Virus record (IMG/VR): IMGVR_UViG_3300033145_003080 | Location: 32,001-96,000 of that record | DNA length: 64,000 nucleotides | Direction: 5' to 3' (one strand) | Source: a virus | Part shown: in pieces, positions 19,444-27,066 of the stretch | Position numbering within the stretch: position 1 is the first letter of the stretch | Layout: every line of letters begins with the position of its first letter | Position numbers and translations under genes: made by a program | Notes under the pieces: generated by a model | Told to the model about the DNA's origin: nothing | The model's database searches: none | What the model saw: the letters and a program-made list of their open reading frames with translations, nothing else

Positions 19444-19800
19444 TTATATTTTATAAGCTCCCATCGCCTTAATTGGCGATATCCAGAATATTGATTTACA
19501 TTCTGAACATTTAATATTCATCGCCAAACCACCACTAGGGCCTTTTAGCATTGAATCGTGAGCACTGCATACCGGACACATCCTTTTCTCCTGGATAGTG
19601 ATCCAGGTATCGATTTTCTTTTTAACACCATCAACCCACTCTTTATTACCACTAACATTCGAAATCGATACACCTTCATAATTAATAGAAGTCTTTTTTT
19701 TAGAATTGAATATATTATGAATAATCATACGATACAGATAAAGAACCGTAATAGCTCCCATAACACATAATATAAACAACACCAGGTTCTCAGGCACCAC
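19444..19800 (-). CDS. membrane-anchored Zn-ribbon protein
   Basis: N-terminal TM; CPVC..GPSGGLAMNIKCSEC. Confidence 0.65.
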   Translation of the reverse strand: MVPENLVLFILCVMGAITVLYLYRMIIHNIFNSKKKTSINYEGVSISNVSGNKEWVDGVKKKIDTWITIQEKRMCPVCSAHDSMLKGPSGGLAMNIKCSECKSIFWISPIKAMGAYKI

Positions 19801-19810
19801 TTTATCCTCC

Positions 19811-20116
19811 TTATTTGAGTATTTTCCTTTTCAGGACCTGCACTTTATCCTGCAGTTTATCTAAATTTTCTCCGTGCTGGATGGATGAGATGTAGCCAAG
19901 AGTCGATTCAAGCACATTTGCGATATCCATCAAGATTTCTCTTTCCTTGAGATTGAACTTGCGCTCCTTCTTACACAGGGCTTTCTGTATTGAATTACCA
20001 AGCTTTACCGGTAATAGTTTAACACCACAAATCCATTTAATAGATGATAGTTCGCTAATAGTAGTGTTTACGTTCTTCGCTCCCGAAAGAATACTGACGA
20101 GCAAATATCTTCTCAT
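19811..20116 (-). CDS. hypothetical protein
   Basis: ORF with RBS. Confidence 0.6.
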   Translation of the reverse strand: MRRYLLVSILSGAKNVNTTISELSSIKWICGVKLLPVKLGNSIQKALCKKERKFNLKEREILMDIANVLESTLGYISSIQHGENLDKLQDKVQVLKRKILK

Positions 20117-20216
20117 ATTTTACAATTCTCCTTTTTAGCAACGGTAAGGGGCCCTTCGGTTATACACCCTTAAGTAATTTTTTACCACATCAGAAGTGCC
20201 AGGTTTATAAATTGTC

Positions 20217-20672
20217 TCAATACCCCTCGCCAAAAACCCCTTCCATTAATTGGTTAAATTCCGTTTCAACATTAATTATTGCAGGATCTTCTTCGGTCAC
20301 ATGGGGCTGATCGCAACACAAACACCGCCGTTCCCATTTCAGATATGCACCATTACAACCGGCACATGGGATTTCAAGACAAAGCCCTCTAATGGCAATG
20401 ATCATATATTTTATTTTCTTCCAGAAGTCATAGGTGGTAGTAATTGGTATACGATCGCATATTATTATACTTTTGTTTGAATTCCCGAACGTGATATCAT
20501 AATTATGATATGAATAATATCTTCTATGTATTTTCCAGACAAATCTGTTAAAAGTGCTTGAATTAAATCTGGTACCAGTTTCCTGGAGACCATTTTCATT
20601 AACCACAGTGGCTATGAAGGTTCCACTATTAATATCGGAATGCATTATAGCATCAAATTTTATTTGTACCAA
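20217..20672 (-). CDS. Zn-ribbon hypothetical protein (paralog of 20653..21147)
   Basis: CAGCNG..RRCLCC..FNQLMEGVFG. Confidence 0.7.
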   Translation of the reverse strand: MVQIKFDAIMHSDINSGTFIATVVNENGLQETGTRFNSSTFNRFVWKIHRRYYSYHNYDITFGNSNKSIIICDRIPITTTYDFWKKIKYMIIAIRGLCLEIPCAGCNGAYLKWERRCLCCDQPHVTEEDPAIINVETEFNQLMEGVFGEGY

Positions 20673-21147
20673 AAGCTTCCTCCATTAAATGGTTAAATGA
20701 TGTTGCAAGGTCTGGATTTAATATCTGTTCATATCTACAGCCGGAGCATCTTTTTCCTAAATAATACCGCCATATACCATTACAACCAACACATTCAACA
20801 TCAAACACTAGTCTGAACATTTGCATTAATTCATGACAGCTTTTCCAGAAATTGGATTTAGGTATGAAATCAACCATAATTACTTTATTAAAAGGTGCAT
20901 CAAGCATTGACACATCATATTCATAGGCGAAATTTCTATAAGAATACGTCTTATTGTATTTTTTTCTGACAACCCTGGCGAAGGATTCAACAATAGTCTC
21001 AGTAGCGAAAGTCTCTTTTGGATGAACAGCTTTTATCAGGAGAAATCCATATGGTTTCACACTGTGCTCAGCTGTATCAAAAGTAATTTGCATAAAACCT
21101 CTCCTTGACAATAAATTAATTATGTCTGATATATTTAATTTTTCCAC
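20653..21147 (-). CDS. Zn-ribbon hypothetical protein (paralog of 20217..20672)
   Basis: CVGCNG..KRCSGC..FNHLMEEAFG. Confidence 0.7.
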   Translation of the reverse strand: MEKLNISDIINLLSRRGFMQITFDTAEHSVKPYGFLLIKAVHPKETFATETIVESFARVVRKKYNKTYSYRNFAYEYDVSMLDAPFNKVIMVDFIPKSNFWKSCHELMQMFRLVFDVECVGCNGIWRYYLGKRCSGCRYEQILNPDLATSFNHLMEEAFGTNKI

Positions 21148-21162
21148 ATATCCTTCTTTTTT

Positions 21163-21552
21163 TTAATGAGCTTCAGCGTCGCAACTGCTGATATTATTTA
21201 CTTCTGCATGGATATTATAGTAACGGTAATATGGACTTGCATTATCCAGATTAAATATGTAATGCATAAGCCGAACAATCTGGCCGTAGAATTTTAAATT
21301 CAATTTTTCCACCATCTCATATTGATCTGGAAAAAACTCATGAAGATGGATTGGAACGGTATTTTCAATCTCTCCGGTATATTGTGAGGCGATGGCCGAT
21401 ATATATTCGTTTATTGTATCATATTCATAATTATGAAGCGCTTCTGCAATAGAGTACTCACTGATATTGCCGAGCTGGGTTTTTGTTGGGAACACTTTTT
21501 TCCACAACTGGACAGCATCCTTTTTTTGTAATTCATCAAGCATTTTATTCAA
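21163..21552 (-). CDS. hypothetical protein
   Basis: ORF in operon. Confidence 0.6.
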   Translation of the reverse strand: MNKMLDELQKKDAVQLWKKVFPTKTQLGNISEYSIAEALHNYEYDTINEYISAIASQYTGEIENTVPIHLHEFFPDQYEMVEKLNLKFYGQIVRLMHYIFNLDNASPYYRYYNIHAEVNNISSCDAEAH

Positions 21553-21754
21553 GCCTTCCTTTGGGGGCTGTGGGATCTAATTTTTGAATCTTATCCATAA
21601 TTGTATTAAATTTTTTCGACAACCGGCCGATGCTGGGCCTGATTGTTAAAGCGAGAGAGGCACCACAGCTGAATTCATCAAGCTCTGAATTGTATGCTTT
21701 ATAAACCAACCGGGCTCTGTATTTTAACAGTTGTATTCTTATCGATTTTATCAT
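21545..21754 (-). CDS. hypothetical protein
   Basis: Overlapping stop/start coupling. Confidence 0.6.
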   Translation of the reverse strand: MIKSIRIQLLKYRARLVYKAYNSELDEFSCGASLALTIRPSIGRLSKKFNTIMDKIQKLDPTAPKGRLE

Positions 21755-22125
21755 TTATCAACCCCTTCTATGGAGACAGTATTAATTAAACCCCCTTTGC
21801 AATATCCAATCCACTTCCCTTTATAATGAACGGTACCCTGGATTATATGAGATGGTATTTTGATAAGTTCGAAGAACCCGGCGTACCAATATTCGTTTTC
21901 TGCATCGATAATTGCAATGAAGTATTCTTTTTTAAAATATTCAACAATTAGAGAACGCAGTTGTTGGTTAGATTTTGTTTTTAAACCAACCTTACCCATG
22001 TGCCTTTGGGCTTCAGGGGCGAGATTCATCATAAACAACCCGGCAATAATTTTATCATTTAAAGCTTTCTTAAGGAGCTTGCACAGCCATTTGTTATACA
22101 TCTTTTTTCGCCATTCATTTTGCAC
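21751..22125 (-). CDS. hypothetical protein
   Basis: AGGAGG RBS. Confidence 0.65.
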   Translation of the reverse strand: MQNEWRKKMYNKWLCKLLKKALNDKIIAGLFMMNLAPEAQRHMGKVGLKTKSNQQLRSLIVEYFKKEYFIAIIDAENEYWYAGFFELIKIPSHIIQGTVHYKGKWIGYCKGGLINTVSIEGVDK

Positions 22126-22166
22126 TTATAATCCTCCTTATTTTTATTTCAATCGCTTAAGTAAAA

Positions 22167-22550
22167 TTAATAATAATCAGTATCACAACATTCAATATTA
22201 CTCATTATCTTAGCAACTGTTTTCCAGTTATAATTAAAACTAGTCCCTAAATAAAACACAGACCTGGCAAGCATAATTAGATGGTCATCATAATATTCTT
22301 CAACATCACTCCTTATTTCTCTTTCACATTTAAAATATTTCTGAAGATGCTCTGGGGCTTCTTCTATTTTTTTAAGTGCACATTGACATTTGTATTCAAC
22401 AAAATCTTCAGTCCTATCCCACTCTCCAACATAACTTCTTGCAATACTAATTCTTGAGGCGATTTGCAAGACTGTGCCGTTTAGGGCTTTTTGATATAGA
22501 TCAATTGCAGCAAGACGATCAGCTCTGGTTATTGGTTGTTGTTCTGGCAT
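22167..22550 (-). CDS. hypothetical protein
   Basis: Coupled ORF. Confidence 0.65.
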   Translation of the reverse strand: MPEQQPITRADRLAAIDLYQKALNGTVLQIASRISIARSYVGEWDRTEDFVEYKCQCALKKIEEAPEHLQKYFKCEREIRSDVEEYYDDHLIMLARSVFYLGTSFNYNWKTVAKIMSNIECCDTDYY

Positions 22551-22897
22551 TATTTATTTTCCCTGATATCACAGATTTCTTTTAATGTCTGGTGAGCATG
22601 ATCAGGTATATGGTTAAGCCATTTTTCAGCCCATTCCAGAACCAGAACAGCAAGCGCTTCCCTGTCCCGGGAAACTAATTTTATATTATCGATTTCAAAA
22701 TCGTTAAAGTGAAGTGTTTTGTGACATAGCTTTATCGAAACGCATGTTTGGCCGTTTTTTATACTTTCTATAGGTTCGCCAAACAGCGCGCATGAATCTT
22801 TACACTCTTTATTTTCTCCATCCGGACAGAATTGTTTCGTCATTTCTCCACGGACTTGAATTATTAAATTACCTTCATGATCAATTTTACCCTTCAT
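22550..22897 (-). CDS. hypothetical protein
   Basis: GGAGG before MKGKIDHEG; first gene after promoter copy 6. Confidence 0.65.
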   Translation of the reverse strand: MKGKIDHEGNLIIQVRGEMTKQFCPDGENKECKDSCALFGEPIESIKNGQTCVSIKLCHKTLHFNDFEIDNIKLVSRDREALAVLVLEWAEKWLNHIPDHAHQTLKEICDIRENK

Positions 22898-22941
22898 ACT
22901 CCCTCCTTTAAAAAGAATATTGGCTAACACCATCTATAATT

Positions 22942-22970
22942 GTTATACCAGAATAAACATGATGATAACA
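22942..22970 (-). promoter_or_regulatory. conserved phage promoter, copy 6 (TGTTAT-N17-TATAAC)
   Basis: Motif match with exact spacing. Confidence 0.75.
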
Positions 22971-22992
22971 GCTAAAAAAAATAATTGTAAAA

Positions 22993-23024
22993 TAAAAAAA
23001 ACCTCTTCATTTCTGAAGAGGTTT
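22993..23024 (-). terminator. intrinsic terminator
   Basis: AAACCTCTTCA/TGAAGAGGTTT hairpin plus U-tract. Confidence 0.7.
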
Positions 23025-23056
23025 CATTATTTTAAAAAAGCTTATTCTTAATACAC

Positions 23057-23497
23057 TTAGGCGCTTACCATGGGTAGCTTAAGCACGTTTAACGTGAATA
23101 TCCTTCCGGAACTTTTTATGTATTTAATATTTCCGCTATACAATTTACCACTATACAATTTATCACTTTTATCATTCTTAATAACAAATTTGAATTCACA
23201 ACAATTCATATCGTTTATAAATGATGTCCTCATTAAACCATCTGGATGTTCGATCCCATTGTAATTGCCTGGATGTTCAATTTTTCCAAATAGGGTCGCC
23301 TCTTCTGCGACGATGTAGAATTCTGAAAAAACAATATCAGTCAAAATAACATTGTCAACCTCGATGTCTATTGACCCCAGCTCAGTTGCTTTGTCAATAT
23401 TAACAGGGGGCTTGCTGAAACTTGATGTAGAAAACAATAATAGTACAATTAACCAGACGAACATACCAGACACACGAAAAATATTGTGCATGCCCAA
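23057..23497 (-). CDS. putative secreted protein
   Basis: Signal-peptide-like N-terminus. Confidence 0.6.
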   Translation of the reverse strand: MGMHNIFRVSGMFVWLIVLLLFSTSSFSKPPVNIDKATELGSIDIEVDNVILTDIVFSEFYIVAEEATLFGKIEHPGNYNGIEHPDGLMRTSFINDMNCCEFKFVIKNDKSDKLYSGKLYSGNIKYIKSSGRIFTLNVLKLPMVSA

Positions 23498-23608
23498 CCT
23501 CCTTTTGTTGAATTAAGAAAAAAATTAATGGATATAGATTTAATAGATATTACTTTATATAATTATTATTCCACAATAAATCAAGAGATAACAGTTAAAA
23601 AAGCAAAA

Positions 23609-24067
23609 TCATTTTTGCCCTTTAATCCAATTTTCTGCCTTTTTCATCGCCTTTGCCTTACTTACGGCATTTCCCACCATGAATTGAAAAACCTTTATTA
23701 TGATATAACCCTTTGGGAGGTTCTCTATTACCTGGATGGTAGCAGTTTTTTTCTTTCCCTTCACAGCTTTGCCATGGCCTCTCGACAATTGAATTTGATA
23801 TGTCACATCGGCAATCATATCCGCTTCAAACCAGAATTTTTTACTCATACTCGTATCGAGGTCCGTGTTACTGTGGGCTGACAGGTCAACGAGGAATTTT
23901 GTGATTGTGCCGATACGTTTTGGGTCGTTGTGTGGCGGCATCCTTTTCATGAGCGGTTCTTTTCTTGCTTTGAGAACCGGACCGGTGAGATTATGAAGGT
24001 ATTCGGCGATACCTTTCATAGCTTTTACTTTAACGATTCGTCTTTTTTTCTTAACCATATCATTCAA
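23609..24067 (-). CDS. basic hypothetical protein
   Basis: ORF after the nucleotidyltransferase. Confidence 0.65.
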   Translation of the reverse strand: MNDMVKKKRRIVKVKAMKGIAEYLHNLTGPVLKARKEPLMKRMPPHNDPKRIGTITKFLVDLSAHSNTDLDTSMSKKFWFEADMIADVTYQIQLSRGHGKAVKGKKKTATIQVIENLPKGYIIIKVFQFMVGNAVSKAKAMKKAENWIKGQK

Positions 24068-24078
24068 CCTTTATCTCC

Positions 24079-24930
24079 TTATTTACAAACTATATCGAAA
24101 AACGCAGAATCAAGACGCTCATAGTCATTATTTGTTAAATTATGAACATTCAAAGTTTCAGCAAATTCTTTATACGCATCGAGATATTTTTGACAAAAAT
24201 CATCAAGGGCATGGATATGGGGACCTTTGCCGAGCTCTTCGCCATTCTTTTTCCGAAGAAGCAAACTAGCAACGGCTTTACTCACATCATTAAAACCACC
24301 CGAAGGCAACATTTCAGCAAATTTAATTAACCTATCGAATTCCATTGGAGGAACACTGGTATTTCTCATAATCCATTCACATACATAAAGAGGCCGGAGG
24401 ACGTACAGATATTTTTTAACTATCACATCACCCTCAACATTTATGATATATTGAGTAAAGTTTTTCCTTGCCATGTGTTCGTAGTGATAGATGCCCGCTT
24501 TCTTCTTAAAAAAATCAACTGCTAATCGTTTGACGGCAGAGATAACAAAGGGGCGTTCCATGTATACAATAGGAGAATAAAGCCATTCTGCCAAGGCTGG
24601 ATTTCCTTTTGATATCAGCTCCATTACTTTAGAAATATCAAATCCGACAAAATCAAGATCTTCCCTCTCGAGACTGCGAATAAAACTACTCGTTGCAATA
24701 TCGCCTTTATTCCGATCGATAACTTCACGACGTGGTTTTACTGTAAAATAAGCACCTGGCCTGCGTACGTAAATGAACCGGATATCATTATCACTATCTT
24801 CAGATGCAAAGCCCCAAGCTTTACTACCAGATTCGCAGGCGTAGATAATTTTGAAATTCTCTAAAATTTCGATTTCTTGTAATACTTCAAGAATTCGTTC
24901 TTTTTTAAATACTTCAATCGATCGGCTCAA
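24079..24930 (-). CDS. DNA-polymerase-beta-superfamily nucleotidyltransferase (RlaP/YcgL, PF10127-like)
   Basis: YACESGSKAWGFASEDSDNDIRFIYV, KGNP..EWLYSPIVY, KKYLYVLRP; TTG start after GGAGG. Confidence 0.9.
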   Translation of the reverse strand: MSRSIEVFKKERILEVLQEIEILENFKIIYACESGSKAWGFASEDSDNDIRFIYVRRPGAYFTVKPRREVIDRNKGDIATSSFIRSLEREDLDFVGFDISKVMELISKGNPALAEWLYSPIVYMERPFVISAVKRLAVDFFKKKAGIYHYEHMARKNFTQYIINVEGDVIVKKYLYVLRPLYVCEWIMRNTSVPPMEFDRLIKFAEMLPSGGFNDVSKAVASLLLRKKNGEELGKGPHIHALDDFCQKYLDAYKEFAETLNVHNLTNNDYERLDSAFFDIVCK

Positions 24931-24960
24931 TTGTACCTCCTTTATAAATAAAAAAAAAGA

Positions 24961-25058
24961 GTGAGTGGGACGTTCCAAAGATCGAACAGACGAAGAAGCG
25001 GGTAGCCATTATCGCTGTTCGAAAGGGAAACCCTCCCGGAATTCCCACGCCCACTCAC
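24961..25058 (-). ncRNA. unclassified ~98-nt structured RNA
   Basis: GTGAGTGGG/CCCACTCAC closing stem, TCGAACAG/CTGTTCGA inner stem, GGG-TTT-CCC side hairpin, 3' U-tract. Confidence 0.6.
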
Positions 25059-25102
25059 CCAGTTAATTGGAATGCCTGGTAAATTTAAACACTAGATATT
25101 AA

Positions 25103-25762
25103 TTAATCATTTCTTTTTAACCACCGCTTTACAGTTGTGGGGCTAACACCATATTTGTCACCAGTTTTTTTATATCCAAAACTCCCAACACTTCTAATTA
25201 ATTTTTCTTTATCAATATTTTTTATTATACGCCTTTCTTTACTCTCACATTTAGTACACCGTGTGGATTCTTGTAAAATTTTTTTGCCACATTCACATCT
25301 TTTCTTTGGTAATTTTTTACACTTAATATTTCTTCCTGTAAAGGTTGGTAATTGACTATCACAATTTGGACAAACTAACCTTAAGTTTTTTTGTCTATTA
25401 TCATTTCTGACACCGTTTATGTGATCCATTATAAGTACAAGCGGTTTATTTTTCCATTTTTTTATTCCACAAATGTAACATTTATATTTTAATAGCCCTA
25501 AATTAATCAATCTTTTTTTTAGTCTTTTTCCTTTATATGTTGAATTTTTTACCATTATTTTATTTAAAGACATCGGGCTGGATCTACCACCATATCTCCG
25601 ACCTAAAAAATGGGGCCAAATTATCTTAAGATAGTTTATTCTTTTTTTTACAGAACAGGGGTTAGCATGTGGATTTAGACCCAACTCTCTCATTACAGCG
25701 GAGGTGGTAACATTGTTTTTAACAGCTTTTCTTAATTGTTCATCTGTCCAAGTTCTTTTCAT
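25103..25762 (-). CDS. HNH endonuclease inside the tRNA/ncRNA cluster
   Basis: CYICG..DHINGVRNDNRQKNLRLVCPNCDSQ; own TTGACT-17-TATAAT promoter 5 nt before the ATG. Confidence 0.9.
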   Translation of the reverse strand: MKRTWTDEQLRKAVKNNVTTSAVMRELGLNPHANPCSVKKRINYLKIIWPHFLGRRYGGRSSPMSLNKIMVKNSTYKGKRLKKRLINLGLLKYKCYICGIKKWKNKPLVLIMDHINGVRNDNRQKNLRLVCPNCDSQLPTFTGRNIKCKKLPKKRCECGKKILQESTRCTKCESKERRIIKNIDKEKLIRSVGSFGYKKTGDKYGVSPTTVKRWLKRND

Positions 25763-25823
25763 ATCTAATTATAATTAATGGCGAAGCAAAAGTCAAACAA
25801 GCCAACGCTCTACCATTAAATTC

Positions 25824-25897
25824 CCGCCCGTAAGAGAATCGAACTCTTTCAATTAAGGAATTTAGAGTTCCTCGCCTTCCCATTTGGCTAACGGGCG
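25824..25897 (-). tRNA. amber suppressor tRNA, anticodon CUA
   Basis: Acceptor CGCCCGT/ACGGGCG plus G73, D arm GCC-AAATGGGAA-GGC, anticodon arm AGGAA-CT[CTA]AA-TTCCT, T arm AAGAG-TTCGATT-CTCTT; CCA not encoded. Confidence 0.88.
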
Positions 25898-25929
25898 TTT
25901 TATAAGGACAATGTCGGCCCCATTATTAC

Positions 25930-26012
25930 GCATGAGGTAGGACTGATTACACAACACTCTCCGAAGAGAATATTGCCGGCATCCTTCCGGGTAGCCACAG
26001 CCTGCCTCATGC
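25930..26012 (-). ncRNA. unclassified 83-nt three-way-junction RNA
   Basis: GCATGAGGCAGG/CCTACCTCATGC stem, CCGG/CCGG hairpin, CAATATTCTC-TTCG-GAGAGTGTTG hairpin (cUUCGg tetraloop). Confidence 0.65.
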
Positions 26013-26020
26013 TAAGAAAA

Positions 26021-26116
26021 GTGGGAGTGATGTGGATTCGAACCACTGGCACCGGCACATACAGCATTTGAGCTGATCCTGTGTAAGGGGTTGAACACTC
26101 GTTCTATCACTCTCAC
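26021..26116 (-). ncRNA. tRNA-like RNA 3 (long acceptor, 4-bp T stem, no canonical anticodon arm)
   Basis: GTGAGAGTGAT/ATCACTCCCAC stem, GTGG-TTCGAAT-CCAC T arm, GAAC-GAGT-GTTC hairpin. Confidence 0.6.
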
Positions 26117-26124
26117 CTTTTTTT

Positions 26125-26210
26125 TGGTGGCAGGAATAGGATTTGAACCTACCTGGCGAATTTCAGGAGCCGGCGGTTAACATGGGTCTACATAGTAGCC
26201 ACTTACTGCC
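26125..26210 (-). ncRNA. tRNA-like RNA 2 (acceptor, T arm and CCA; no canonical anticodon arm)
   Basis: GGCAGTA/TCCTGCC-A-CCA, GTAGG-TTCAAAT-CCTAT. Confidence 0.6.
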
Positions 26211-26234
26211 AACGTTGGACTCCTTACACATATA

Positions 26235-26308
26235 TGGTGGCAGGGGTAGGATTTGAACCTACGCAAACCCGTGAAACCGGGCATGTCTTTGCGCTGCATC
26301 ACCCCGCC
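26235..26308 (-). tRNA. aberrant tRNA (tRNA-like RNA 1) with a shortened anticodon arm containing UCA
   Basis: GGCGGGG/CCCTGCC-A-CCA, GTAGG-TTCAAAT-CCTAC, anticodon arm CCCG-GTTTCA-CGGG (6-nt loop). Confidence 0.6.
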
Positions 26309-26329
26309 GTAAATATTGAACTACTCTCC

Positions 26330-26641
26330 TTAAGCCAATGGTAGCTTACTGAATATTTTTCCATCGTCAATACATGCGATGGCAGTTAATTGATTATCTA
26401 TATCAGGCTCATTGAATCCGACGAATTGTTTTTCGCGGCGTCCGAGCTCTTCCTACCAGTACTCCAGTGCTGCGAGATGAGGAACCCCGAGACATATCAG
26501 GGTTTCATTGTTCCATTCCCGGTAAAGAGCGATATCACCTCTCAAAGAGTACTCTGCAAGCGCGTGGTTGCCCTGGACGAAGTTATACTTCGGCCCAAGA
26601 TCCTTACGCAGCAACAGGTATAGTTTCTTCGATTTTGACAT
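26330..26641 (-). CDS. peptidyl-tRNA hydrolase 2 (Pth2)-like protein with an in-frame TAG at codon 63 (26453-26455)
   Basis: KLYLLLRKDL..VQGNHA..W..ETLICL..LEYW*EELGRR..FNEPDIDNQLTAIA..FSKLPLA; family motifs lie on both sides of the TAG. Confidence 0.8.
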
Positions 26642-26930
26642 AGGTGTAATCCTGAATGATCTTTTTAACATGAAGCATATTTGCTTTATTTCCTTCACGA
26701 ACTTTCCGTTCACACTGTTCGTATGTTTTTCCACGAAGCATACAGTAAGCAAGATGCCGATGTCGAATTGCGAATTTAGATGTATGGATCTTAGACTGCA
26801 GATGTCCTGCAGGTTTCCGATCTTTCTGAGTAACCTTCGTGTCCTGTTTTAAAACCCGAAGCGCATTAGCTTCGAGTATTAACTCTTCCTTAAACTTCCT
26901 TGTTAAACATCTCTGTTCTATTGGCAACAT
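26604..26930 (-). CDS. conserved phage protein (RHRHLAYCMLRGKTYEQCE motif), function unknown
   Basis: ORF with AAAGGAG RBS; overlaps the Pth2-like start. Confidence 0.75.
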   Translation of the reverse strand: MLPIEQRCLTRKFKEELILEANALRVLKQDTKVTQKDRKPAGHLQSKIHTSKFAIRHRHLAYCMLRGKTYEQCERKVREGNKANMLHVKKIIQDYTYVKIEETIPVAA

Positions 26931-26995
26931 TGTTATACTCCTTTAAAAAATTAAATAAAATACACTGAATTGCATTATACTAAAGAGTATAACGG
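26931..26995 (-). promoter_or_regulatory. anti-SD/SD translational attenuator
   Basis: GTTATACTCTTTA (26993-26981) is complementary to TAAAGGAGTATAAC (26945-26932), which covers the RBS. Confidence 0.7.
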
Positions 26996-26997
26996 CG

Positions 26998-27066
26998 TTA
27001 GGGCGGTTTGCGTTTACGGGGATAAAGCTACGGTGGGTGTTGAGTAGTAATCTATAATGGTAACAT
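26998..27066 (-). CDS. leader peptide with two in-frame amber codons: MLPL*ITTQHPP*LYPRKRKPP-TAA
   Basis: AAGGAG RBS at 27082-27077; TAG at 27052-27054 and 27028-27030; Pro-Pro before the second TAG and the final TAA. Confidence 0.65.

Noticed and set aside
24961-25058. 6S RNA or SRP RNA
   Set aside because: Too short for 6S and lacks its central bubble; no SRP GGAA tetraloop or domain IV motif
25824-25897. Pyrrolysine tRNA
   Set aside because: Canonical TTCGA T loop, normal D loop and longer variable region; no pyl genes in the window
26390-26852. Plus-strand ORFs here and many similar antisense ORFs in the track
   Set aside because: They are shadows of better-supported genes on the opposite strand
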